A stretch of DNA of 64,000 nucleotides, taken from Phoronis australis (taxonomy: Eukaryota > Animalia > Phoronida). Below the pieces are notes generated by a model. That model saw only the letters and a list, made by a program, of their open reading frames with translations, had not been told where the DNA came from and did no database searches. A program made the translations under genes and the position numbers. Positions 51,523 through 64,000 of the stretch are shown here, piece after piece; position 1 is the first letter of the stretch; the number at the start of each line of letters is the position of its first letter. Where the stretch lies: the NCBI GenBank assembly GCA_002633005.1, contig NMRA01000734.1:1-64000 (forward strand). Reading direction: 5' to 3'.

Positions 51523-52033
51523 CATTACTTTGTTTTTCCTTGTATATATATTTCTGTGCACCATCACGCTTTCTCGGATGGGCCATGTCAGTATTACCAT
51601 ACTGCTATCATGGCGTTTTTTCCATGCCCATCTGGCAGAATCTTCTTCATTTCTTAATACTTAAGTCATAATAAATGGCATTATTCTGCAGTCCTTGTTT
51701 TGTTTTACTCTGCATCATAGCTCATCGCATACATGTACCTCGGACAAAATAGATTACGATAAATGACGTATGTGAAATTTGAAATAAGAACGATGCGGTG
51801 GCCAGCGGCTAATTTTTAGAAATGCAAGAAAATCACGTTACCTTACATAACAGAATTCCGGGCAATGCTGCTACAGCATGCGGTGCCTTATTACTTAGTT
51901 CACTGGTTTACAAAGAGAGGTTGTGAGCGTAAATTTAGTGCTGTGACGTGGGGGGAGGATGATCGACATGCTGGTTCCTTCCTCAGCCTCCATTCGTGAG
52001 CGATGATTAAAGTTCGCTTTTTTGCTGTTTCAG

Positions 52034-53402
52034 AGAAGCTAAAGAGAAACTGTACGATTTTTTGCTGACAAACGAGACATTTGGTGAACGTAAAGTCTTG
52101 CAGTCCATTACCAGACAACAGAAATCAAGAGTCGGTAAGTTTACCTACTAGGTATACAAACTAACGTTTAGTAGAATTGTATTAGGTCGATAAGTGATTT
52201 TAAGGGCGCTAGTTCTGTTGCTTAGGTCGGATATTTGTGTTTTTCGCTTTTTCACTTGTGCTATTTGGGATGTCTTGCCTTTTACAGCTGACCCAGACTC
52301 AAGTTATGCAAGCGCAGAGACCCCTAAGAAGCCCATTGTCCGTTTCGTCAACGCTGAGATCATTCCGGAAGTAAGAACTCAATATAACGATGTCTTTTAA
52401 ATACTGAATAGTGAAACAGACTAAGTTTTCGGAAAATTAATTCCATTTGATTGTAAAACAAGCTAGACACAATCCAGTCACCACTCTTAGGTGCCGTGAA
52501 CGCGTCTCCTACCCCACACAATGAATTTTAATTAAAATTACATGTCGTAATATAACTGGCTTCAACTTGTGCTATAATAGAATTAGAAGTGATATATGGA
52601 TTTGAGAAGAATTGACATTTGGTTATTGCTTGACGCTTCAAATGAGAAGCCAGGTCAAGACAAACTATCGAGCTTAGTATCGCCCGCAACACGCTGGCAG
52701 TCCTTTCTAAGTAAAAAAATCACCACTTGGAAAGACCTGGTTGTAACGGTCAGTTTTTGGCAGAAGGCAGGCTCATATACAAGACTGATAACCGAAACCT
52801 TACCCGGCATAGGCACGGCGTGCAATCCTTCTCTCTCAAACAAATTTTGTGCAACACACCCCAAGCACTGTTACCACGCATAAAAAAACATCAACACGCA
52901 CATTTTATGCAAAAACTTCGGTGCGCGGTAAGCGTGCCACCGTGTATTTTACTAGTGCGTGGTTCAAGTTCTTGTTGCGCTTTGAAAGTTTATTGTGGAC
53001 AGTCGTGGGGTTAGACTCTCGCTGTAATGACTTTATGTGTTTCGGGAAGCTAACTGTATGGAAGCGTATAGGTGCACCCCACAAACACCACAACAACCTA
53101 CGAACTCAAAACATCCTACAATCACCACAAATTGTAAATTGTTCGTGTTCTTCTATGAATATGAAACCTTCACGTTTGTTGGACCATAAGTTCGGAACAT
53201 TATATCTCAGAAATCGCTCTTCAGATTCATGTGAAACTTTCTCAGATTCCATGTTTTATACACTGTTCTTCAAAATAACATTAGGAAGTGCCTTTGAAAA
53301 TAAATTCCATTTGCGTGAGAGACTCTAAATGAAAATAGGAACTTTCATGGTTTCCATGAAAATCTCAAGTTTCATAAAATGAAAACAAAATGGATAATAA
53401 TG

Positions 53403-53469
<67 letters not shown>

Positions 53470-53860
53470 TAATATTACTGGTACCGTTCTCCTGCTGTCA
53501 ATGATCCTTTTTTGCAAACGTGTAATAAAAAGACCCAATCAATGTCAAAAAATTAACTCCACAGGCTTTCTTCTTTCAAAAAATATATATACATTTACTG
53601 GGCAAACTCTATATACGGTTTTATTGACACTTGGCTAATTACACAGACATGTTGATCAGGCCCCACGTGTACATATTCTTAGTCTGCCGGCTTGAGACAT
53701 GAGCGCCACACGCTCGGCGTAAAAGTTTTCTTACTCCAACAAGGGTGTGAGAAGTGTCATAATTTTGCACGTCGTTTCTACTGTTGCTGTAGGAGGGCGC
53801 GGCTGAATCAAGAAATCCGGATGTTCAAGCTTTGACTCGAGCGCGCCTACCTCCTTTACG
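52034..53860 (+). CDS. Three further phase-compatible exons, probably a C-terminal extension of the CNBD2-like gene
   Basis: 52034-52134 (EAKEKLYDFLLTNETFGERKVLQSITRQQKSRV, phase 2 to 1), 52288-52370 (ADPDSSYASAETPKKPIVRFVNAEIIPE, phase 1 to 0) and 53793-53860 (EGAAESRNPDVQALTRARLPPLR, phase 0 to 2). All have polypyrimidine-AG acceptors and GTAAG donors. The terminal exon (53925 or 55314-55431) is uncertain. Confidence 0.55.
53393..53475. repeat. (AAT)n microsatellite
   Basis: Direct inspection. Confidence 0.95.
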
Positions 53861-54298
53861 GTAAGCTGATTGTGTATTTAAGGCGTGATAATTCCTATCT
53901 TAAAATCTGATTTGATTTCGTCAGGGGTAGCCAAAGCTAAGCCCAACAGAACGAGAATGATGGAATTACGCGGTAAATTAACAAAATCAATCAAGAAAAA
54001 CGAATGACTTCGTAATATAAGATCGATTATTGAATAGAACCTTTAACGGTTGTGCCTTCAATGTATTGAATAGAACCTTTAACGGTTGTGCCTCAATGAG
54101 AATTTAAAGTTCTCCTTAGAAACTTCCAAACGAGTTTTTCGATTCAAGGCTCAAAGACATTTTGATATTATGGCACCCGGAGAGATCCAAGTGGATTTTA
54201 GTTTAGACAGGCATTTGAGTAAGGGGCTCTGAACAGGAGTCATGCAAACAAGGCTTTTAGCTGTGATCAGGAACAACATGGGTATTTCGAGTCCTTAA

Positions 54299-54841
54299 AG
54301 AGGCATGGAACGCTCGTCAAAAATTTTTTAAACAATTCCTGACGAAAGTACCATCTGACAACGTCTAGTATAGAGAAAATCATTTTACCCTGTGAGAAAT
54401 TTTCCAGAAGAAATCACAAAATTCAGAATTTTTGAAATACGCCGGAAGGGAAAAACTCTGTGGTTAACATAGTGTTTTTGATATCCCTCCCACATATGAT
54501 AAATGTGCGCATGCGCTCACAGTCAGTTGTTTGAAGTCGTTTGAGGTCAAAGGTCACATTTTCCATATAAGGAAAATGTGCTATGTCTATGTCTTGCAAT
54601 AAATACCAAATAAGGAGACGTGCTTTGCCTCGTGGGAGAAAAATCAACGAAGTAGCAAGCAGTTGGCAGATCGTTTTTCAGAAATTTGAATCTAAAAGAA
54701 AATGCTTTGATAACAACAGAAAGCAAAAATTTTTACGGACAAACCTTAAAAATAACTGGTGAGCAAGCTGAATTCTGTTTTTGTGACAGAGAACCACTTT
54801 CAATATTATAATTTAATTTGTTTATCGCGTTCCTGGTCTCT
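54299..54841 (+). mobile_element. Kolobok-like MITE (TTAA target)
   Basis: TTAA-AGAGGCATGGAACGC ... GCGTTCCTGGTCTCT-TTGA. A homologous copy lies at 58261-58650 and a similar end at ~59298. Confidence 0.65.
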
Positions 54842-56037
54842 TTGAAAGTAAGTATAACGTACACTCGTTGAGGAAAATCAATTTCCGACACGGTATAGAT
54901 AAGAAAATTTCAAATGGCACGCTTTCCGTTTGATCACTGGATTTCAAAATTCTAATATAAACAGAAGCTCGGATGTTGACTTCTCAATTCACGGACTCCG
55001 CGCGTCCTGTCCAAAAATAAAACTTAGGTGAATTCAATGACCAATCCGTTGTCTTTTTGTGTCAGTGTATCATGAACGTCGCTCAGGGCTGAGAAAAGGA
55101 GGCAAATCAAAATCAATGGGAAAATGCTACTTTGCTTTTGCCTCCGTGTTCTTTGCAAGGTTTCCCCGGTTGCTATACATTTGGTAAACAATAATTGTGC
55201 GTTTGCCCCAGGTCCCGTTGAATGCTTCGGACTACGCCAATTGCGCTTTTGATCATTTGTCTTCACTTATTCTTATGTGTGAATTACGTCAATGTTGGCT
55301 TCTCTATTCACAGACATTGCATTGCCGGAGTTGAGCATCGTAGAGTGTCTCCCGGGAAAATTGTCTCAGGACATAAAGTCTTCAAAGTTACAGTCCGGCG
55401 AACACCGAGGAATCGTGGTCCACAGGACTAGCCAGTGGATAATTTGGCTGCCTTGTCCTATTAAGATTATGTGCAGTAGTGCAAGAGCCAGTTTCTTGAA
55501 AAGTCTATTGGTGTTTGACTTCCAGCTGAATTCATTCTTCGCATAACCTGTTTCCCGAAAACAAGCTAAGGGTGAAAGTCAGCAAATCTGTCTACAACTC
55601 GAAGCCAAAACACAAAAATCCATAGTCTGCTCGACTAGGCACAAGGCAAAACGTTTCGAGAAATGCAGAAGACAAAACATCACCCTTTGGCTATTCATAG
55701 TCAGATTTCTGATTCTTGGTTTGAAGTCTAAAGACAATTCTTCGATGAACACCTGCCAGGTATTGTTAACGGCTCCATAGAGAAAATCGTTAAAACTGCA
55801 TTTCGCCCTGTTCGACGCATTATGGTTTTTACTCGCATAAAGTCACTCTCATAACATACCTTACCGTGATATCTCCTAACGTCAATCTCATAACATTTCT
55901 TACCGTGATAGGATTCCATTTCTGTTATCAAGAAGAACACTGAAGACGGCTCACAGTTTATTGGGGTTGGTCAACCCTAAAATTGCGAATTCGAAAATGG
56001 TGCATGTACGCATTGACACCAATTCAAGGTCACATAA

Positions 56038-56315
56038 CGTGCGCGTACCCAGCCTAAAATATAGGGGAGCTCAATTTTCCAGTACGCGGACATTCTACTG
56101 AAAAAAAAAATCAACGAGCACTAAAAAAATGAAGTAAAACGGGGCCACTAGGTTCAGGCCTACAAATTGTGCTTCCGCGCCGAATTCCTGTGGACTTTGT
56201 AGACTTTTGTCTCGTTTGCTCGGAATTTTTGTTTCATTGAGGCGGACTTTTGTACCCAATTCTCCAAGTTGTGGGGCTCGTTCCAGCCCCCCGAGTCCCT
56301 CTGGGTGCGCATATG
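56038..56315 (-). mobile_element. MITE family C, complete reverse copy with 5-bp TSD CATAA
   Basis: Ends CGTGCGCGTACCCAG ... CTGGGTGCGCATATG, with CATAA on both flanks. Confidence 0.75.
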
Positions 56316-58260
56316 CATAAGCGTGGAAATGTTTTAACCCACAAGGCACTTCTGTCAAGAATTCAGCATTGAAAGGTGTATAGCGGCAAAATGCACCTTT
56401 AAAGCGGCAATAAACCTTCCGGCGAAGAAAGAAACTTTTGCGCCGGACCAAAAGTTGATGTCTAAACGGGACTTTAGACCGCTTACCTTTTCAAAATTGG
56501 TTCAAATCTGTTCCTTACTCAGATGAGAAGTGATTTAATCACTGCAAAGAACTGTCAGTGTGTTATAGTTCGAGTTGATGCTCGCGAATAAAGTGACCTA
56601 AATCAAAAGTTGCTTTTATGACGAAATGCGGACTCGTAGCTCTTTTTTTTATTAAAGTGGTTCTCAACGGATTTTCATATGGAAACCAATATGGCTATTT
56701 TGATGTAATGAAATTCCAGAACAGAGGAAATTGCAATGCTTCAGAAAGCAGAGTGTACTATTTTTACTTAATAGCTGTTTCCTGTTTAAGAGTACTTTGT
56801 ATCCCATGCTGTTTGACGTATCAGTTCCATTTGGTTTTCGATTACTTAGTACAATCTACTGTTTTGAACCACTTACTCTGGGAATCCAAGGAGAGATGAC
56901 CTTGACATTTTCCTTTATCATTCCGAGACATGCAAAAAATGTAAGAGACCGTACATAAATTTCATACCTCGTCAATACAAATTCGATAATTGTGTTGAGA
57001 CGTTTATTACATTAAGCAACTAACACAGTGCAACAGAGTAAATCAAATTGACACATTTTAATGTCCAGTATCACGCACTAGACAATATAGTTAAAAAAAT
57101 ACTACCAAAAAAGCGACCACCTTGTCTGGAAACTTTCAAGCGTCTATTTATATAGTAAATGATTTTTCCAGGTTGCGATACTCACAAACTTCACGCAAGA
57201 ATAATTGAAAATTGCGTTTTGCGGCCGTTCCTTATAATAATGATATTTCGTTGGCTGAGCAGAAAATTAAATAAACAGCTTCCAGTCAAAAGGCTGGGTC
57301 TCCAACTAGGGTTATAACAAAGCAGCATTACAATGATTTTTCAATGATAATTCCAAGCAATGACGGAAATCTCAAATAAATATGGACATTCCCAATACAG
57401 ATGTCAAATAGCTTCTTCCTATTGCACACAGAAAGAGAATAAAGATGACGAGCAAAACATCAAATATCGATATAAACCATTAAAATGGTTTGAGAAAGCC
57501 CATTAATTACGTACACGTGTAATGTAACGGGTTGAGCATCTGGCTTGACCACGTCAACATCAAATCGCTTGCAACACTTTTAATACTGAAATGAAAGTGC
57601 CGAAATGAATATGCTTTCAAGTTCATTCGGTGATAACATTACGTTATTTACAGTACCAATACAATGGACCGAGTCTGTTGCTATATAAAGTGCTTTCTCT
57701 TTTACGTTATGCGGCATGCTGAAAATCGATTCTGGTCTCGTACCCGTTCTTTAAAGAGTCTTCGCAGTGAGACGTGTCACTAGAGAAGAAAAACACTATT
57801 TTGGTAATCTGGTTTGAAAATAAAACAGCAATCGTCCATGAGTAAATTTTCCTGAACATCATTCACTTCATATTTATGCTCTCACAAAAATGTTGCATTC
57901 ACGTATGATACGCGTCCCGTCTGTCGCCTGTCGTTACCTTTGCTTGTACGCCGATTGACTTAAAAACCACCAGACGGATCTCGTTGAAATTTTGCACAGA
58001 TTCATTTGACCGAGATGCTCCGACACCAGTTGATTTATGGACGGGCCCAACTACCATAGCATCCCCTCTCAGCCCTTAAAATTTCCGACTTGAAATTACT
58101 TATCCGTCAATGTTTGGCTACACTACTTGATGCGTCTTGCCGTTACTTGACGCCGAGGTATGTCGTAGGAATACGCCGGCACCAGCAGACATGATCGCTA
58201 CGCCAGAGATGCTTACGGTATGTGGTATACATTTTGGTTCAATTTTCGCTCATTTTAATA

Positions 58261-58650
58261 TTAAATAGGCATGGAACGCGAAAGCTCGTCAAAATATGTT
58301 TTAAATAATTTCTCACGAAAGTATCATATCGTAACGTCTAGTACAGAGTAATTCACTCCCCTGTGAGGAAATTTCCAGAAAAAATCCCAAAATTCACAAT
58401 CTCTGAAATACGCGCGAAGGAAAAATTCTGTGGTTACCACAGAGTTTCTAATCTCTCTCCTACTTATAATACATGCGCGCATGCACTCACAGTCAGTTTC
58501 TTGAAGTCGCTCGAATTCAAAAGTCACATTTTTCATATAAGGGAAATGTGCTACGTCTATATCTTGCCATACCAAACAAGAAGACGTGCTTTGCCTTGTG
58601 GGAAAAATCGAGGAAGTGGCGAGCAGCTGACAGATCGTTTTCTTTTGAAT
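58261..58650 (+). mobile_element. Kolobok-like MITE, second (3'-truncated) copy
   Basis: Colinear with 54295-54680. Confidence 0.7.
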
Positions 58651-60542
58651 TAAAATTTGCATTTTGGGATCGGGATCTCGTAAAAAATGATAGGGATTCG
58701 GGAATTACTGCTTACCACTAACAATTGATTATTCCTTCATATATTTTAGCTGTGAAAAGGGGATTGGCTTAAATTTTGTTCGGGAATAGAGAACAGAAAA
58801 CGAGTTTGGAATTGTGATAAGGGAACCCTGAAAACCGGGAAAAGAACCCCCTTTCCCCCTAAAAGCAAGAACAGTATGCCAATTTAAGTCACGTAAAACT
58901 AAACTCATTGAGCGTGAAAAAGTAAGTGGGACCCACAGTGCCCAAACGGCATCGCCTTAAATTCAAAGAGACCATATTTTGTACTGAGTCCCGTTTTCCT
59001 GTAATGCTCTTCGCGTGTTCTGACTGACTTGCCAGTATCAGCCTCTAATCCACACATTACCCGCATCTAAATCAACACAATCTTCGATTAGTGGTATAAA
59101 GGCCATGACTCAGTTTTAGTAACCTGATTTAACTTCCGATAATCAATGCTAATACAAACTCAGGTGTCAGATTTTTTATTAATACTGTCGCCGCACCCCA
59201 CTCACTGACAGAAGTTATTACTTCTGCCTCAGGAATGTGTTAAGACGAACCTCTTTTTTCCGCAACAAAACAACTCGGAGTACGCTGTACAGCCCTCTTA
59301 AAGTGGCATAGAACGTGAAACACACACTAAATTGCGTTATTCAAAGTAGTTCACTGTCCCTGAAACAGAATTCAAACTGTTGTACAGGAATCTTTACGGT
59401 TTGTTCGTAAAAATTTTGAATTTCTGTTGATGTCAAAGCATTTTTCCTCACATCTGTACTGACCCCCCTCCCCTAAATATATAAGTCTATGTATGCGGTA
59501 CCAAGATTTTATACGGCCAGCTTTGCCCACAATAATCTAGTACAGTGTTACCTCACCAAAGTGTCAGCTACTCATGTGTTACTGGGTTTTTGTACTTGGC
59601 CTTGTCTTCGACAGTTTGGCCTCTAACATTTCGGTCTCATTCTAAAATTATCCCCGTTCCTCGATTCCGTTCTCGCCGTGAGCGACTGGTCTGGCCCGAA
59701 TTTAATGAATGCATTAAAATCTCAACGCTGCGATCGATTGGCCGGTTGTTCTTCAACTGAAGATTTCGAAAGAGCGCAAGGCACACTAGATAACTTCAAA
59801 AATGCTGACCATTCCGCTTAATTTCCTATTTTTGGAACGGAGTAGGCCTACGTCTAGAAACGGTTTAGAACAATGGAAAGACCAAAAAACCCACATTTCC
59901 AGAATTCCAAATATTTAAATAGTTCAGAAATTCCATTAGGTAGAAAATGGTGACTAATTATTAAGTTTCTCCTGTAGACTAACTCCTAAATAGGATCCTA
60001 AAGACAGTGCTCCCATAGGGCCTTCATACGCCGGAAGCGTTGGCGGCGAATTATGCCTCCCACTGATCAGAGTCACTTTGCTATAAATAGCTGTTGGAAC
60101 CAGGCCGAGAAAACGCCGTCAGTGCGACTGGAGCAGTGCCTGTACTGTTACCAGCCAGCAAACGGGGAAAAAATCGACAGCGCGCCTTAATTTTGATAAA
60201 ATCAAACTACAGACAATTTTATGGAATTTGCTGATGAAATGTAGCGAATAAATTTTGACAGAAATCATTTTGCCAGACTAGGGACCGCAGCCTATCGGAC
60301 CCGGTGCGGATCGAGACCAGACACTGGCGAACGGTAAATGCACTTGGTTGCAAGCTGTTTTGTCAAAGTAAAATGGTCAAACGATAAATGCTGCATATAT
60401 TCAAGGGTAGTTTCAGACACTTGCATGAAATTACGGACTGGTTAGTCCTGTGTCACACTGCCGCGGCAGACCTCAGTTAGCCTCAGTCACCAGCTACCAG
60501 TGAAGACTATAGTCAAAATACAGCTGTTAGTAGGCCTTGACA

Positions 60543-60695
60543 GCCTCCCGTTCAGTAACGCTAGGACTTCGCTAAAAAGCAAAACTTCACGAGATTACGT
60601 GAGATATTGCCGTGTATTTTAAATGAGAGCACGTGACTTTGACTAAGTTTTAGCTAGGTCCTAGCGTAGGTCCTAGCGTCTACTGAACGCACGCC
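60543..60695. mobile_element. Second copy of the ~155-bp MITE at 25094-25247
   Basis: Near-identical sequence, including the AGGTCCTAGCGTAGGTCCTAGCGT internal duplication. Confidence 0.8.
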
Positions 60696-61781
60696 AGCTT
60701 TGCGCCAAGACTACCCTTAGGCCTAACTGGTCGCTGGCCACAAACACAAAAACAAAAACACGAAAATTGAACAAAGTTTCTTTTTTGTAGCAACGTTTGT
60801 CAAAATGTATCAACGTTAAATCTTCACAAATTACAAAGTAGCCGATTGAACATGCCTTTCAGTTCAGCAAAAGTCGACATTGTAGGTGCCGCCAGAAATG
60901 AGACGAAGTCCAACGGGAATTGTGAGCACATTTATCACTTAATGAGTAACAACTGCGAGGCTGAAATTTGGTGAACACTGCTAAATCGTGCAGAATAGTA
61001 AGTAAAGATATGTCTAACTAAATTTCACCGTAATTTGTTGGCGAAAACAATTTAAACAAAGTTTTAAACTCGTAACTCATCCCGCTGTCCTCCAATATGG
61101 CCGACGCGATCCAAACAAAGTGACCCAAATTTCGCCACAAAACTTGCAATAACTTTACAGTGCTTGCCCCGATTTTGATACTTTTTCGATTTTTACTGAG
61201 TAGAATGTACTACCTTTCCGATGATAGCAAAGTACTTTTTCAAAACGAGGAAAAAAATAAAACCGAAAAAAAATTGGTTCGACCCATATTGGTTCCTAGG
61301 TTCGACCCGCCTACGTAAGGAACTAAACACCAATGCTATTTTAACATACTAAGTACGCGTAACATTCCAAAAAAATCAACGACCACTAACTACAAACTAT
61401 AAATACACTACATATGCAAACGAATCACGATATATTACTAATAAAACAAAATAATGAAGACTTTTCGAGCAAGCCATAGCACATTCAGTTACAAGGAAAA
61501 AATGGCGGCGTTCAGGACAAGTTCCTGAACTGATGAGCCGGAAATGTGGGTACGGAAATAACCGATGACAACCGGTAATCATACGCTCACAGAGAAGGGT
61601 CAAATACTGTTAAAAAATCGCTTTTGGCAAGAAAGGCGAAAAGAATATAAAGAAAGGGTGTCGAAAATAAGAATTTATGTAGTAAGTATTTTCGGAAACT
61701 GGAACCACATGGGCAGTTTGCAAGAAGGACTTTAAGTAGAGACAGTGGCACTGTTGGGTCTAGGATTATAGTTGCTAGGTA

Positions 61782-63408
61782 TTAGAACACAAAGAAGTCT
61801 TTCCAATGGCCTTGTCTTGAGTACTCATCACTACGATTCCTGATTTTGACCGAACGCAACTCGTTGTAGTAGTAAACGAACATAGGATTTTCATGAAGTT
61901 GTTCCTGCATGATTCTGTTGGTCAACCATTCATCCAAACACTCCATGACTATTGAATCAAAGTCGTGCGGCATGAGTTTGTATACAAATAGCTCCGGCCG
62001 AGTGTACAGTCTCGGTAAATCTCGTACTCCAGGCACACAAATACCACGTGACACACCACCCAGGCATCCATCTTGCTCTGGGTGTCTCAGGTAATGCAAT
62101 GACAAATACTTGACAGGATGCTCATGGCGAAGATGAATGGAACCTGCACATGCAAAAATAGGAAATTTGACAAAAGTGTTTTGGTTTAAAATGGTGTTCA
62201 ACGTTAGACTACAAATGTTGTCTATACATGGTTTTGTATAAACTGACCATGTTTCGACTATTTCATCCGCAAGGGCGCAAGTAACAGATTTAACCCCAAG
62301 GATATATTGTAAAGCGTTTTTGCAATCAAAACATGGATTATTGAAATTGAGACTTAAAAGATGGAGGAACGTGATTGCAACATATGTTTTAACTTCCAGA
62401 GGGGCAACGATCACTTCCAAACTAACCTTTATAACTCCCTGGTGTTTGTAGGTGTGGGTTGAATTCAAAACAGTTCAGTGATGGGTAGAATACTGTTTCT
62501 GGCATGAAAACGTTTTCTGTCCACCTTCGGAACTTGATTGCTGGCTCACTGCCCAAAACAAACTCGACAAAGGCCCTGCTGAATGTTCCATGCATATTTC
62601 CTTTAACAATTTTTATTCGACCAAGAGGAGGGTGGTTACGTAATGGCATATAGTGATAATCCGAAGCTAAATCTGTTCTTCTTTTAACTGTCAACAAAGT
62701 CCTCTCCATAGAAATGTCATTTGAACCATTATAAAGTTTTAGAATTTTTACCAGTTCAAGATTTGTTCTTAGTGGGAACATTTCGGGAACAAGGTTTATG
62801 TAGTATTGCCACTTGGAGTCGCTGATAAAGCATGTTTTCATGCAGCTCATGTCAGCTTTTAACATTCCCGAAGTACCATAGTCTGTTGCTGTTCTGGTCT
62901 CCGACAGAAAGACATTTGGGAAGCAGTTAGCCAATGAACGTGCAGCGTTAAATGCATTGACGTCACTCTTGATATCCACATGAATGCAATAAGTATTGGA
63001 AGGTCTGTAGATTGCCCTAAGCAAACGTTCTGCTTGGTCGAAATGACTACTTCTGTTTATTAAAATCGAAAAAGCAATGGGAAAGTTTTTTTCGTCTTGG
63101 GAGAGGCTTGTCTCTGTATGGTAATTTCGCTCTTTCTTGAATTGTGCGCAATCCCGTGTGAGTTCGACGAAGTCCTGGTCTGAAATTGGAGCCAGTCGTG
63201 CCCTGTGTCTAGTTGCTCGCTCCATTTCTGCCTCATCTCCTTCGAGAAGGTGGAAGCAGTTAACATGCGGATATTGCCATATTTCAAATGTTGTATTGCC
63301 TATTGGTGGTTTCTGTTTGCGGTTATACTGAACCAGGTAGTTCCTGTTGGTTAGGAACACATTAATCCCAGCTAAAAGAATTGTAAACATCAGTGCTGAC
63401 CGCAACAT
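61782..63408 (-). CDS. Core-2/I-branching beta-1,6-N-acetylglucosaminyltransferase-like protein (CAZy GT14, GCNT family), 2 coding exons, 447 aa
   Basis: Exons 63408-62427 and 62143-61782 (phase 1, GT-AG). Type II anchor MLRSALMFTILLAGINVFL. Motifs EKNFPIAFSIL, ERLLRAIYRPSNTYCIHVD, CFPNVF, KADMSCM, WQYYINL..FPLRTNLELVKILKLYNGSNDI, SRAFVEFV, CLGGVSRGICVPGVRDL. An acceptor at 63415 and a donor at 63709 point to a 5' non-coding exon. Confidence 0.9.
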
Positions 63409-64000
63409 AACACGTCTGCAAAACAAAAACAAACACTCACTTATGTTTATAAGTTAAAGGAACATTTATCGACGAGAAAAAAGATTTTCCGAGATCAGCC
63501 TCAGCTTGGAATCGGGCCTGGTACCTCCACAATCACAGTGTATGGCTCTGCTGGCGAAGCTATGTCCCACTCCATAACTGGCAAGCAGTGGGGCGTAGGT
63601 ACACGTAGGCGCAGCCAAACACCTTTGGGCATTTGTATGTAGCGCCGACGCACCGTAAGTTACGTTCATTGCTCAAAGTGATACGGTGGGCTTTGGGCGC
63701 CTACTTACCACTAATTTTACCACTACAGCACTGCTGGTAAGAATATTTGAAGAATATTGTAAAACGTTTTTCCGTCTTAAAAGTGATGTTTTTTTTTACA
63801 CGAAGTTGGCCTAGCCTACATGACTTTGCGCAGCTATTGCAAAAAACACAAGGACTTGTCTGAAACTGATGCGGGCGGGAGCTTCTTTCCTTCATGTGTT
63901 TCGACAAAAGTATGATTTATCGTTGGATATTTATGTCTTTGTCTATGCTTCAAAGGTGCAAAAAAAATTGGGCGGTCGCCGCACTAGTTTTTCCGGTACA

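Noticed and set aside
51150-51660. Minus-strand Asp-rich reading (LGEINQTDDDKDDDEDDEYDDDG, repeated), suggestive of an acidic biomineralisation protein
   Set aside because: It has in-frame stops and no signal peptide. LGEIN is the Helentron subterminal repeat (CTTGGCGAAATT), and the Asp runs are the element's (CAT/CGT)n microsatellite.
62144-62468. N-terminal part of the 228-aa ORF 61782-62468 as a separate gene
   Set aside because: 62426-62144 is a GT-AG intron whose removal fuses the two ORFs into one GT14 protein.
63701-63907. 68-aa ORF as an N-terminal extension of the GT14 gene
   Set aside because: Its donor (phase 1) splices out of frame with the main ORF, so it is at most a uORF in the leader exon.

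Overview
This is AT-rich, intron-rich DNA from an invertebrate (bilaterian-type) animal, with two assembly gaps (7848-7983, 25842-26057); it is not prokaryotic. Four multi-exon protein-coding genes can be built by hand with GT-AG junctions and matching intron phases. They are PUSL1 (minus, 7 coding exons, 306 aa), RER1 head-to-head with it (plus, 6 coding exons, 200 aa), a CNBD2-like protein with two degenerate cyclic-nucleotide-binding domains (plus, at least 406 aa, 3' end uncertain) and a divergent GT14 core-2/I-branching GlcNAc transferase (minus, 447 aa). A probable first exon of a fifth, secreted or membrane-protein gene lies at about 10 kb (minus). The rest is rich in non-autonomous mobile elements: two Helentron/DINE-1-like families, several MITE families, a decayed Tc1/mariner, a TRIM-like LTR element with a tRNA-Ser primer site, tRNA-derived SINEs and an L1/Tx1 fragment. 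The two most unusual signals are (i) Helentron-borne arrays of CTCF-like motifs about 140 bp apart, in convergent orientation around PUSL1 and the PUSL1/RER1 promoter, and (ii) a 20-bp minisatellite of tandem splice acceptor/donor motifs that supplies the acceptor of the PUSL1 catalytic exon. No database searches were run; family assignments rest on recalled motifs.
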